64,000 bases of DNA from NCBI GenBank assembly GCA_010909165.1, contig VJWM01000223.1, positions 236,366-300,365 of the forward strand. Reading direction: 5' to 3'. The notes beneath the pieces are model-generated. The model was not told the origin of the DNA. It worked only from the letters and a program-made list of their open reading frames with translations, and searched no databases. Shown here one piece after another: positions 32,229 to 51,720 of the stretch. Every line of letters begins with the position of its first letter. The stretch's first letter is position 1. Position numbers and translations under genes: made by a program. The DNA comes from Anthoceros angustus (lineage: Eukaryota > Plantae > Anthocerotophyta).

Positions 32229-33262
32229 TCCATCGAGCGGTGCCGTTGTCATCTAGGAGAAGCAGGACCTCGAAGTCAGGGTGACAACATGACGACGCCC
32301 TGGAACAGCCGGTCTTGGTGATAACCTGTCTGCCATGTTATCAAGAATTTTATTGCTGAATCGATGCAGCTTAACTTTTAAGTTCTCTGTCCTCCATTTC
32401 GGTGTCACTCACAACAATGCACTAGATGGGATTGTCTTTGTTATGGATTTCTCTTGAACTTCATTCTGCTCCGGTGGGATTTTGGGGTCGAGTTCAATTT
32501 CCTGGTCCAGCTGCTGAGCTGGTGGTGGTTCATCTACGCCGGGTGAGTGTTTTGCAGTTCAAGCCATTCCCTTCAGGTGTGCTCTGGCTACGTGTCTGAA
32601 GCCGTTTGGAATCCTAAATTTTGCACTTCCGCTCTGCAGATCTGGTTTTCGGAAGGGATCTCCACCCACAAAGTAACATGTCACATTCTCGACGGTATTT
32701 CAGTTCATAACTTGTGAGCACCTATAATATTCTTTTCTGCGGTCCCCAGTGCTGAGAAGACTCGCACAGGCTGGCAGCTGTGGTCACGTCATGTCTTTCT
32801 GGGTTTTAACTGCTTCAATGCAAGATTTTCTTTGAAAGATGTGTGGTCGATGATAGCGGCTTCACTAATAAAAGTTACAAAGGTGTCCATTGTCGCCCAG
32901 AGTCCACTTGCCTTACAAGCCCCCACTAAGCAGTGGGGCCCATTTTCAATTGTACAAAATACAATTGAAAATGGGTCCCCTCAGCTCTGGACAACCTCGT
33001 AGGACGTGGGAGCCTCGCCTTCCTCAACTAGGATACATAGGGCTCCTCTCCTCTGGTGAAGCCTTTACTAACCACAAAACCATGGAGCTTCGCCTATTCG
33101 CATTGTGGCGATTGCCTTGACACTCGGTAACCATAGTATTTTGAAGGAACGCACTATTGTGGTTTAGTTTTGGGATGACCAATGGGTCTATCATTGGTCA
33201 CTAAATTATGGTCCCTCTTAAGGGCATGGCGCACCATGAATAAATTGTGGAGCTTGCTCACT

Positions 33263-33377
33263 GGGCATCCTTGTTGTCCATTAGGGTCTACAATTAGTAA
33301 TAGGATAGAGCTATGGTTTAGGGCATCTTGTTGTGCATTAGGGTCTACAATTAGTAATAGGATAGAGCTGTGGTTTA
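33263..33377 (+). repeat. ~57-bp tandem duplication in a TE-like island
   Basis: gggcatc(c)ttgttgt(c/g)cattagggtctacaattagtaataggatagagct(a/g)tggttta occurs twice. Confidence 0.85.
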
Positions 33378-34130
33378 TGACAAAGACCTAGGACTAATTG
33401 TTACAATAGTCTCAAGGTGCACCAGCGAGGATGCCCTCTAAAACTCTAAATAAGGAGCATAATTCTTTCACCTATAGTGAGTGCGCTCTGGCTGCTTGCT
33501 TAGCTTAGTCATAGAAAAAAGGAGTTAAGTTCTCATGAAGCACTTATTGCACAACGGAGATCATAGGAATCCTAAACATGGCTGCCAACTATAAGACAAT
33601 GGACTCTATATTAGCTTTGCTTAACGATGCAACAATCCTTCTCCACTTAGATAGCATTCTATCCAAGATAATAGCAGTATTTAGTATTCGAGATACTAAC
33701 CATAATAGTCAAACACCTAGCAGTAGGAGTATGATAATAAATTTCAACAATATATGAGATATCGATCACGATGGAATGATATTCAGAATAACGTTATTCA
33801 TGATTATAGTACTTATCTCAATGACAGTTACAAGGTCTTGTTATCCTTGAGTTACGACAACATTCAAACCAAAATTCATACAATAAAAATATTGATATTC
33901 TTGTATATACTAACAAGGAAATTCAAGTCTACGCAATCTGGGGACTAATACTATCACTATTGCCTACATATGTGTTTGTTCTTACTACATTTCTCTATTA
34001 CTCATAAGTAGTTGCAAGATCTATCTTTTTCAAAAAATATTATTACCTTTATTGTCTATATATATTTTTATTCTTACTGCATTTCTCTATTACTCATACG
34101 TAGTTTCCACAGGTTTTTGGAGGAAAGAAG

Positions 34131-34500
34131 CATGTCTCGTGATAAGGAGGTATGTAGTATTTGTCATTATCCCTTGGAAGTAGGCAGCAATCCGCTATCT
34201 ATAAGGTTGTTATCATGCGGTCATAAGTTTCACACTAGTTGTATGACCCAATGGGCTCCTCATACCCAACGAAGTCTTCATGGAAATTCATGTCCATGGC
34301 CGATGTGTCGACCGTCATTGGAAGCTTCTCTCAATTCACCCTCAAATCTCATGCAATATGAAACCATCCACTCCATTGGTGCATTGAGTATGATCTTCAC
34401 CAATTTATGCTTCTCCTGCTTTTCTTGATATACTTGAGGAATTGATACTTTCCTCAATAGATTTATGATTTTGATCAAGTATTAGAGACATTTTATGGCA
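34131..34500 (+). pseudogene. RING-H2 finger gene fragment (copy 1)
   Basis: MSRDKEVCSICHYPLE..LSCGHKFHTSCMTQW..CPWPMCR has RING-H2-like ligand spacing. Downstream homology to copy 2 continues past in-frame stops. Confidence 0.7.
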
Positions 34501-34719
34501 ATTCAATTCCCTCTATTCTCAAGATTCAGCTTATTGGACAAAAAAGTCTTGGATTACTAAGATAGGTCGCTTAACAATGAACCTTTGTAAAATCGAGGAC
34601 CTTGTGATGATCAAATGACTACTAAAATGAGTAATTTATCTCATGAATGAAGGTGCGTAGAGTGAAGGACCACTTTAGACATCAAATCTTTCTTTTGAGT
34701 ATTTTTTATTTCGAATTGG

Positions 34720-35060
34720 AATAAAAAATGATTATCCAGCTAATCTATAGATTTAAAATTAAAGGAAGACCGTTAAAGTAATTGTCACGAATTTTTTTTA
34801 AATCATCCCCCCGTCCAATGAGCCCATTTCCTTTACTTCTTCTTAGGAAAGAACATGTCCAATATGCTGAACACCCTTAGACCCTGCCCTCAAATCCCAT
34901 CCAAGATTGTATTATTAAATTCATTAGTGCATTGGGCATGATCTTCTTTTCATACATCCTTCCACTATTCTTTCTGAAATACTTCGAGAATCGATATTTT
35001 CTTGAATAGATTTATAATAATTATCAAGGATTAGAGGATACTATCAAGTTTTAATTTCTT
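34720..35060 (+). pseudogene. Decayed RING-H2 paralogue (copy 2)
   Basis: ERTCPIC*TP, and IDIFLNRFIIIIK versus copy-1 IDTFLNRFMILIK, with several synonymous third-position differences in the + frame. Confidence 0.5.
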
Positions 35061-36479
35061 CATAAATCTAAATTTCCGAATCCCAGGCTTGTATTGGAAG
35101 TGAGGAAATCTTGAGCTCTATGCGATGCTAGTAGACACACAGCACATTTATGAGATCCCGCGGTAGGAGCTACTAATTCTTGTGGACAAGTAATTTTTAT
35201 TCTGTTTAGCTTATCAATATTATACTACCTACTCAAAAATATATTTGAATATTATAGTATTTATATTAACCGAATGTCATTTAAAGATTGCAGTTTCTTT
35301 TGATGCTAGGAATGCATGTATTCTCATATATTTTATAAAACTCATAATTCTCAAAAAACAATCTTAAAGTGATCACCATTACTGTAATGTTACTCCACAT
35401 ACGATAAGATGTGAACATGTCTTAAATAAAAAAACTCCGCAGTCATGCAGCTTGGTCCTTTATAGTACTAAAGTTCCGTTGATGTCATACCATTTATAAT
35501 CATCTTAAATACTATGATCAAACTCTCCTAGAATCTATCGATTACTAGGATAAGTTAATGAAGCTGTGTAGGTGAAAGCAATCTTTAAAAGCTTTGTGAG
35601 GATAGCTGATTTCAGCTTGAAATAAAGACTTATTATCTACCTAATCCGCACACTTGAAATTGACCATGTCTTCAAGATATCATCAGAATTAGAGTCATAT
35701 GAGAGTGCAATGGTTGAGTACATCTTCGGGCATGTCTTGCCGCGCTCTTCTCTGCGTGTTATCTTGGCCTCCTGCTCCAAGTCCCGAGTCTGCTATTTCA
35801 CCATCTCCCTCGCCTCCTTCGCCTCCCTCTTCTGCCGGTGTTGCGTTTCTTTCAGCTGCGAGTTCAAGGGCGTCGACGCCCGGTCGCTGGGTAGAACCGG
35901 CAGCTGGGTCGCAGGAGCCGGAGCTGGAGCCGGGGCCGGGGCCGGGGCCGGGGCCGGGGCCGGAGCAGGAGCCGGAGCTGGAGACGGGGCCGGAGCTGGA
36001 GACGGGGCCGGAGCAGGAGCCGGAGCTGGAGGTGGGCCGAGAAGTACGCCCCTGCTGCCCCGGTGTTGCATCTTCCAGGTTGAGTGGCTCATGTAACCAC
36101 CCCTCAAGCTCCTTTGAAAATTCGTCAAGGGAAATCGACGGTGCGCGAATCTCAGGGTCATACTGGAAAATTCCCTCACACTGCTTCTCAGATTCAGTCT
36201 TGTCCGGTTTCGGGGGGGTTTGTGGCACCTCAGAAATGGCCGCGGTGGGCTGCTCGATAGATGTAGCTGGCGCGGTTCCTGAAGCCACCAGCGTGGCAGC
36301 CTCCGAGTTCTCTGTAGCTTTGATTTCTGGTGGAACTTGGTCTCCTGGCTGAGTCTCCCGCATTGCCCCCAGGTTCGATCCATCCTTGTTCCAGTGGGTT
36401 AGCTGCTCGCCAGATGCAGCTGCCGCGGATGCTCTTGCCCTTGACGTGGCAGCTGGTATGGCTACCACTGGGACGGCGT

Positions 36480-36950
36480 GTCCAGGTAGGGCATCCCCCC
36501 TTGCCTGGATCAGGTTGCGAAATCGGTCGGGATGTGCTACTGCTCCGCGCTTTATCGCCGCTCCCCTTGCCTGGGGCAGGTTGCTAGACCGGTCGGGTTG
36601 CATTGATGCTCCATGAGCCTCCTCCTGATCCCCCCTCGCCTTGGGCAGGTTGCTAGACGGGTCGGGTTGCATTGATGCTCCATCAGCCTCCTCCGGATCC
36701 CCCCCAGCCTGGGGCAGGTTGCTAGACGGGTCGGGTTGAGTTAATGCTCCGTGAGCTTCCTCCGGATCCCCCCCAGCCTGGGGCAGCTTGCTAGACGCGT
36801 CGGGTTGTGGTAATGCTCCATGAGCCTCCTCCGGATCCCTCCTTGCCTGGGGCAGGTTGCTAGACGGGTCGGGTTGCAGCAATGCTCCATGAGCCTCTTC
36901 CGGATCCCTCCTTGCCTGGGGCAGGTTTCCAAACGCGTCGGGTTGTGCTA
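36480..36950. repeat. 66-bp coding minisatellite (about 6-7 copies)
   Basis: Unit cctggggcaggttgctagacgggtcgggttg...atgctccatgagcctcctccggatccc. Confidence 0.9.
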
Positions 36951-37189
36951 AGTCGCTGTGAGCGTCACTTACTGGTCGTGTGCTCCCCTCAGGCTTCCTC
37001 ACCTTCAGCGTTGTTTGGGTTGTTTTCTTCTCTCTCTCCTCTTTGCTCACCATCTTCCCCTTCTCTCCTTTCGGTCGTTATTGCCTTTGTGTCCTTCTCT
37101 CGTTTCGGTCGTTATTGCCTTCGTGTCTGTTGTGGTACTTGGATCATCTGTCCCCAGCTGCGGATCTGCACCCTCTACTTCTGTTGTGC

Positions 37190-37610
37190 TATCTCTTCCT
37201 CTTCTTCCATTTCTTCCTCTTCTCCCATTTCTTCCTCTTCTCCCATCTCTTCCTCTTCTCCCATCTCTTCCTCTTCTCCCATCACTTCCTCTTCTCCCAT
37301 CACTTCCTCTTCTCCCATCACTTCCTCTTCTCCCACCTGTTCCTCTTCTCCCACCGGTTCCTCTTCTCCAATCTGTTCCTCTTGTCCAATCCGTTCCTCT
37401 TTTCCATCTGTTCCTCTCCCCATCTGGTCTCTTCTCCAGTTGTTCCTCTTCTCCATCTGTTCCTCTCCCCATCTGGTCTCTTCTCCAGTCGTTCCTCTTC
37501 TCCATCTGTTCCTCTCCCCATCTGGTCTCTTCTCCAGTCGTTCCTCTTCTCCATCTCTTCCTGTCCCCATCTGGTCTCTTCTCCAGTTGTCCCTCTTCTC
37601 CATCTCTTCC
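37190..37610. repeat. CT-rich 18-bp and ~49-bp tandem repeats
   Basis: About ten tcccatc(a/t)cttcctcttc units, then three ccatctgttcctctccccatctggtctcttctccagt.gttcctcttct units. Confidence 0.9.
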
Positions 37611-37769
37611 ACTTCTTATTTTGCCCTCTTCCGGCGATCAACTTCTCCACCTCGTCCGTCCTCCTAATCTCCCTGCTCCTCCTTCCCCCCCTTTCATTTG
37701 AAGAACAATTCATATGTTTTGTTGTCCATTAAAAGGGAAAAAAATACAGCATCGCGTGAGGAGAGCGAC

Positions 37770-40700
37770 TTAAGAGAAAACGTTAAGTTTCCCGTCTTCA
37801 TTGCCGATCAACAGGTAACGAGAGTATGGAAGGACTTGCATGGCCGCCACCTTCCCTCGAGACCAACCAGTAGAGTGCGCAGCCCAACCCAGCGCCTTCA
37901 CCTGGACTGGTGTGTGCAGTACTCCAGGTCCCTACACCAACATTGAAAACCAGTGTGTCAAACACGAGACCTCACAAGTGGTGCGCAGAGGATGCAGCTT
38001 CACCGTTTTCTTACGTGATACTTCGTTAACGGCGATACTCCTATCTTATTTCCAGAAACCGACAGGAGATCGTCTCCTCGGAGTGCAAAGCTCGTGACTC
38101 CTTCCGTGTGCCCAGAGGAGATTTGAACCTGACAAGGAACACTGCTGCAAAACAATAATCCACTTGGTTCATTTGGACTCTACCAGAGAATCCTGGAAGA
38201 AGGAGGCCAGCAACTGAAATCTACCTTCTTCTAAGGTCCCAAAGGCAGATTGTCTTGTCCATCGAGCTTGAAAGCAGATAATTCTCATCGACTGCTTGTA
38301 GCTGTACTTGCCAACTAGCAAAGCCAAGGTCAGGGTATTTCTCAAGAAACCCAAACACCGCTAGGTTAGAGCAAGGACAGCTGCTGCCTACTACCTTAGT
38401 GATGAGGCCGTCATGAGCCCGCCAGTTAGCCAACATGGTACCACATCTGTAGTCCAGCAACCTACAGTTCCCGATGCTGTCAGCAACAGCTATCCAGGAC
38501 GACGCATCAGGACTTCTCCTGTTGAATGAAGAGTTCTGCACACCAGAGGAGGCAATGCTACACACGGGGGCCGTAGGGGATTCAAGTGAATGGCATCTCC
38601 AAGAAAATAGAAGTTGGCCCATGGTGAGATCTATGAACCTGCAGCACAAACGAGATCACAGGGTGTGATAACACAATAGATGGGAATATTCAGGTTGGAG
38701 TTAAGCGGAGCAATTGACCTGGCGATACTCACCTCAAGAACCCTTCCGCTGTACCCGTCAACATCCTTGCTTCAGCTGCCATGTAGTGCATGCTAGTATA
38801 CATGCCAGCTACGTGGTTAGTGAGTGAGCTCGACAAGCTACCCCCTTTTCCTGCTACCCTCGTGTCTGATGAGCTTTTCTCCACACCTGGAGATGAACCT
38901 GCAGATTCACTCACACAGAAGATGAGCTCTGCGGTATGTTTGTCCCATATGCGAAGTGACCCATCACAGGAGGCAATCCTGTCGCTTCCTCTTAAAAAGC
39001 AAACATCATGTAAAGCCTGAAAGCAGAGCAACAGCCTTTGTCAGCACCATCTCGAATACCATCTCTGGAAGGGCAAGGTTGCAAGGCTACGTGATACATA
39101 CCTCATCGTGACTGCCATATTCTAGCACACACTCTGACGTAGCAAGTTTCCATTGCCGGACACTTGCTGCACCTTTAGCCCCTCTACCCGCAGTAAGCAA
39201 AGTGCTCTCGTCATCAGCCACATCTATGGCCCGCATTACTCCACTATGAGCTTGCCAAGAGTGTACCGCCACCGCATTCAACTCCCACAAGTTCTTGTTA
39301 GGAGAAAAAATCCCTCGCCCTGTACCGGCTTTTCTAAGCACCTCTGCAACTTCCGACCCATCCTCATAGCTAGGCACCCAAAACCAAGGTTCTCTATCAT
39401 GTGATACTGTTTCACCTGTCCTAATTGTGTTCTCCGTATGCCTTGGAGCCTTCCCTGCTATTGATTGCGGTACTGACCAGCCTACTCCATCAAGTAGGAG
39501 GTTGGCAGGGTCTGAATAAGGAGAGAAGTGCTTTGCTGGTGGCCATGAGGCAGGTCTCCTTGTTCGCAAGATTTCGCCCCCAAACTAGATGGTACAAAAA
39601 CATGAATGCTACGCATTTAGACCGTCAGGAGAAAATTGAAAAGGCAGCCACGGAAGGTTCTCTTGCCTCATCTAGCTCCCTTAGTACCTGCCAATTGAAG
39701 TTTGTAAGCAGAGCTTGCTCTACTACTGGCCAACTTGGAAGATTTTCTCTGAGCCGCTCTATTCCCACTATCGATGCCAATACTGGGTACAAGATATGCC
39801 TGGCAGCAAGAACCTTATCACGTACCGTAACACCAAAGATCTTGGAAGTTCAAGCAGTGAACCGTAACACTTACAGGACAGATGGGCTGACATCTTCTCG
39901 AACACTTGATTCCAGAATTGTGGATTCAACAAGCAGACCACGCTGTTCCACATGATCTCTGGCCCTATTGGCAGTCTTGATAGGGACCCCTTCAAAAACC
40001 TGCCGGAGATGGGGTAACACGTACAGCACTGTTGCTTCTGGTCCAGCATGCTCACAAATGGCCAGCAATGCCTTGGCACCACACTGCAATAGAAATAGAC
40101 AGAACACCTTCACTTAATTTCTTTGGCTCACAGGACGCTGAGCAGTGATTAAGCTTGCCTAGTTGACTCCGGAGGTGAAACACAACAAGATATACCTGAG
40201 CCAAATTCGAATCACCGTGAAGAACTTGTACATAAATAATGGACAGATCCTGTTGGCAATACAACCAAGGCCTTGAGAATAGTCGAGACAATAATACCAG
40301 CATGCAGCTGCAGGTACAAATTCTATGAAGGGGTATCCAAACAAAGGTCCTACTCTCAGAAACTTGACAATCAATGTAGCTGGTGAAAGTAAGACTATCA
40401 GGCGATCCAAAGCGGAGATTGCATGGAGCACTGCTGATAGTCCCCAGATCTGAGATTGTCCATGTCCTTCCTTCATAGTCGACTTTGTTGCAGTTGAAAG
40501 GAGTGCCAGAAAGGGTGGAAGTAAATGTTTTACAACGGCCTGCTCCCCAAGGCGCTTTCCTAGGACATACGTGAGGTGTCCTATGAGTGAACTACTTAGC
40601 TGCAGGGTTTGACTTTCAAATTTGAGGCAGGTCCAAACAGTTCAAGATTGAGAAGAGGTCCTCACCAATCCCAACTAGCACCTCAATTCCTTCCGTTGTA

Positions 40701-43700
40701 ATATCCCGCCCAAAGCATTGCAAAAGTGGCCACACAGTCTACAAAATAGAGTATATTACACTGTACCTCAGTTCTCAATTCTGTTCTTTAACAGTCAACA
40801 GCCAGGTATCACGCCAGCTATTGTTCTCCAGATTGCCGAAACGTTTAGGCATGCAGAGCAGCATTCCTAAAGTGACGGCAGCACACAAATGTGACACCGC
40901 TATCACAGTACGCAACTCAAATTGACAAATTGAGGTGCTGTTACCTGATGTATAGTGATAGGAACTCCCAGTTCCTGACACATACTTATAAGTACTGTGG
41001 AAGCAGCAGCAGCAGGAGAGCTTCTCTCTGCAGAGTGGTGTAGATTTGTCATTATGGCAAAGTGAATATAGTCTAGATATGACTGACTGCCAACAGTCTT
41101 TCTCAACTCTCGAACAAAAGGAGGTTGTAGTATGGCAACTTTCAACTCCAAAGAATCTTGACTCTGCAAACGTGTACAGTATGTCCAACGGTGAAGTTGT
41201 CTGCAGAAATGGAAAGCTTGATTCACCATTCACTACCCATCCAAAATAAGAATATCAACAGCAATCTCAATACAATCTCACCAGCAAGAGCTGTCGGATA
41301 GCTGGTAGAAGTAGCTGAACTGATGTACAGAGTTTCAGAGCTCTAAGAAGTGAGGTGAGGACAGTCACAACTTTCATCGCATCTATGTTCGCTGCTGGCG
41401 GGCTAAGAACAGAGAGTACTGGAGAAGCCAACAGCTCCACAGCACGTGGGCCTACCAGTTGAAACACCTGAGCTTCTGCCAGCCTTGTAGCATACTCCAG
41501 ACAACCACTTTGGGTATCCAAGACTTGGAAGGAAGACAAAACACTGTACGCTGAATGGATCGTAGAAGGAAAGAAGGAGGATCTCAATAGCCTGCCTGCA
41601 GTGGGTCGTCTGCACAAGCCACCATATACAGCTGATGCATGAGTATTCAGCAGCGCGTGCTATACTATGCTATACAAGTGTCTCTCCACAGGTCTCTCCT
41701 GTGGAGAGACACTTTCAAGAGCTAATGGCATATAAGCAGGGCAACAAAATCAAGTAGTGAAATGAGACCCCATACAGAGCAGACTTGGAGTGGCCAGAGT
41801 TAGACAAATAACAAACCCAGAAGAATCGGGATTAATTGCTGCTCTGACTAGGTGCTGTACATGTAGAGGTAGCTGTTCCACCAGCTCAGGAATGACACCC
41901 CTTTCCGAATATGCCACAGCTGAAACAGAATCAAAAAGGGGTGTGTGAAGATATATCTCTGCTATTATACAGCCTGCTGCAAAAATGTCATCACTGAAGG
42001 CCTGAGGGGAACAAGTCGCCGAAGTATCAGCCAAGAATGTTGCATCCTCATAGGTCCAAACATTGCAACCTGCAAGGTCAAGGTTTCTAGCACCATTTGC
42101 AACAGAAGGATCTTCAAGAAGACCAGAGTTATCTTCGTTGCATTCTTGCTGAGCCATATTGTAGTCTAGGACGGATTCTACTAAGTCCATACTACATTCG
42201 TGATCAGAAGGCATTCGAAGTTCTCCATTCAAAGTTGGGGGCTTATACAAAGGTGACAAGTGCCGGTGCTCTTCACGGAATGCAACAGCACACTCAACCT
42301 CTTCCAGTGGTGACACAAACCTGGAGAAGTGACTGTTCAAAAATTCACTGCTATTACCGCTCATACCATTACCAGACATAGGAGGATGCTCTGTACACTG
42401 AGTTGTATTCAAGGTATTCACAATGGGAAAGCTTTCTTCAGGGAGGCAAACATTTGCAGCAGAGTTCGTGGTGATGGGCTGAGATCCCAGTTGCCCTGCA
42501 TGCTGCTGGCGTGCTGGATGAGGAGTAGAGAAAATCTGACGGCGTCCACATGCTCTCGGGATCATAGGGTCAGTGCTGGATAGAAGTACATTCTTAGCAG
42601 CAAAAGCAGCCTCACCGGACAGCTTGTAGCCAAAAGTCAGGTCAATCCAATGGTGCAATTTGCTTGAAACATAGTTACTCTCCAGGGCAGCACGATGCAA
42701 GGAGATGAAATGCTTGGGACCCTCTGCCCAAGATGGGACAGCAAGGTCAGCCATGCCAGCATGCACTGAACAGAAGATATTGGGGTCACTATAGAACTCA
42801 GGAATGCACTCATCAGGTGTCCACTGATAAAGGCGATTCATGCTTGCTGGATACTCATTTGGTTCGTACACAGAACGGACAGTACGTCGAAGAACACTCA
42901 ATGGTAATCTTCGAGCCTTGTAGATACAGACAGCTAACTCTGAAAGGCATTCATCTGAGACATGATGAGGGACATCAGAGGTCGCATAGGTGACATCCAA
43001 CTGCTCATCTCCCTTCGCCAAACGCCATTTACTCTTAGTGAGATCACGCCAACCAGGAGCAGAGGATTCATCTGGCAGGCAGCAGAAATCTATTACCCAT
43101 GGCATTACAGGATGAAAACACCGGTCACCCCACTTCCTCCCAGCTACTCTGTTCAGAAAGAGTAGGTATTCATAGTTACTCAGATCACCTCTCCACCATC
43201 TTCCAAAAGCACTTCTCCACTCAGATGGGTCAAGTCTTACTCCATCTTCATAACTGGGAGCTGAGTCAGGAATAGCTCCTGAAAACTCTGTGCTTATAGG
43301 TCTTGGGCATTTTGGGCTGGAAAGCCAGCACCACAGACTCGGTGTGAGCAGAATGTTTGACGGTTGAAGATCGCCATGGGGAATGCCCAACCCATGGCAG
43401 TGTGCCAAACCTGAGAGTAAACCATACACCAGAAGGCGAACATGGTCATCCCCTCCTAAAGCATGAGGACTGAAATACAGCACGTCCTTCAGAGTATAAG
43501 CTGCGTGAGGATAAATAATGAAGAGCACCTCCAGTCCTCTAAGAACCCCCAGCACAGGCGTGACATTTGCATGTCTGCTTCTTCCTAGCAAGGAGCTGAT
43601 CTGAGAATCTCTCTGGTGATTCTGGGGTTTGGAGGCCTCCGATTGTCTTTCACATAAGCCATTGCAGTTGTAGCAGGACAACACATTTACCAATGCTGCA

Positions 43701-44516
43701 TAAGATGCTGGCTGAATATGTATATTTGCAGTCAGTGCGGCCAGAATTCTTGTAATTGGTGCTTCGAATTCATACTCTGGTGCAAAACTGCATTCACATA
43801 CAGTATCTGCTGGCTCATGTGAGGAGATCACCCCACTATCAGCATGGCTAGTACAAGTCTGGCATCTCAGTGGTTGCCTTTCTTCATATTGAACTCTGCA
43901 AATGGCAAACTTGTGAGCACCCACCAACGTTGCACATGAAGCAACTGTAAAAGCAAGCCATTTTTTGCAAACTTCTTTATCACAGGCTATGAGAGAAGAA
44001 GCATGCGACAAAACTCAGCTAGCAAGCATAGCAGCATATCTGTGCTCAGACCTCGGATGCCCAGGATCTCCCTTCACGACTTGGATCACAAACTTGATTG
44101 TCTTGTCGTGCCTGCACATGAGGCAAAGCAATTGTACACAGAGCGTACAACATGACAAAGGCCTGAGACAGGCCTTTCGAGCATCCAAAATTTGCTTCAG
44201 CTCAATTCTAGCCTCAAGTATCAGCAGAACGTGCTCTCCCTCTACGAATGCCATACATACCCTTCTTTTGCCGGAACATCCACCTGCACAGACCTCCGTC
44301 AGCATAACTGCCCCAATATGAAAAGCCATTCTTTTCTACACCATAGGACCGATAGGAGCTTGGAAACTGGTTGCGATTTCTAGTACCTACCTCGCAAACG
44401 ACAAATGAACCACCGCTGGTAGGAGAAGAGAAGAGGCCATGCGACACCAGCACGCGTGATGAGAAGCTGTGCTGAATATGATTCTCTAGAGTCGCGAGTG
44501 ATTGAGCTTGGCCCAT
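37770..44516 (-). CDS. GFS12: BEACH-domain/pseudokinase/WD40 protein GFS12 (WDR81/lvsG-like)
   Basis: Kinase-like HGDLQPSNILL; BEACH WWRGDLSNYEYLLFLNRVAGRKWGD..HPVMPWV..WRDLTKSKWRLAKGDEQLD..WTPDECIPEFY..LHHWIDLTFGYKLSG; WD40 exons; terminal VLPYSRYLLIGNEDGKLNVFS*. Start MGQAQ at 44516 is inferred. Confidence 0.92.
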
Positions 44517-44791
44517 CCAGCGACGCGCATAGCAGAGCACAGAGCTCCACCGTCGCCACCCACCAACCCGAACTGCATCAGTCCTGCATAATATTCCCTC
44601 CTCTTAATAAATCTTAATTAATACGTATTTATTATGTCGTCTTCCCGCCTACGTCGATTACCGACTCCTTTGAAGTGGGCTTTGCGCGCTTGAATTGGAC
44701 CGTGATGGTCCCGGTTGCTTCGAGCCTGTCGTCTAATTCGCACTCGCGGCACTGGGACGGGCGCCGTCCAGCTGCTGCTGCTTCTTGAGGC

Positions 44792-51196
<6,405 letters not shown>

Positions 51197-51720
51197 CGAA
51201 TTTGTCGTAAAGACCATCGATTGGAACATCCTCGTGTCACCTACATTTGTGTTCCTCGCATTACAGACGAATTCGTTCACTGGTGGCATTACGTAAAGCC
51301 TTTCCGCCCTGTGTACTGTACTCTCTGCAAATATCTTCTGGTGTCCTCTGTTTTCTCTCTGCCTCGGGAGGCTTCACATGTTGGAGACACAGGCTGTGGG
51401 ATTCAGCCAGTGTTGAGGATAATGAAAATTTTATTGCACAACGAGATGTTACAGCTTACAAGAATGGTAACAAGCGGCAGCACTTGTGGCACAGTTAGCA
51501 ACCGGCCGCCTTCATCCCTAAATCCTAAGACCTGTCGTACCTGGATGCAGGTTAGCATAAACTTCTGACAGCCCAGGTATCGGCCCTCAAATGAATGCCT
51601 CGCATTTGTGAGGACAACGAATCAAGTGCATGAATACAAAACGCGAAGTACAGAAACTTGTATCTACAGCTAGCAAGGCTCTAAGATGCATGGGGGCAGG
51701 TTGCGCCCTCCGTGCGAGTC

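Larger units (their letters stand above)
35400..37720 (-). pseudogene. Acidic, repeat-rich ORF ending in a decayed Ulp1-like (C48) protease region; probable DNA-transposon accessory gene
   Basis: GEEE(V/M) repeats (37175-37612). ORF 35695-37053 carries 22-aa QPDPSSNLPQAxxDPEEAHGAx repeats and ends LNHCTLI. It is followed by VL*RTKLHDCGVFL near 35430-35470, resembling the Ulp1 motifs NHWxL and PQQxNxxDCGVF. Confidence 0.5.

Noticed and set aside
36882-37732. Three overlapping + strand Leu/Ser/Phe-rich ORFs
   Set aside because: CT-rich repeats lack stop codons, so these are compositional artefacts.
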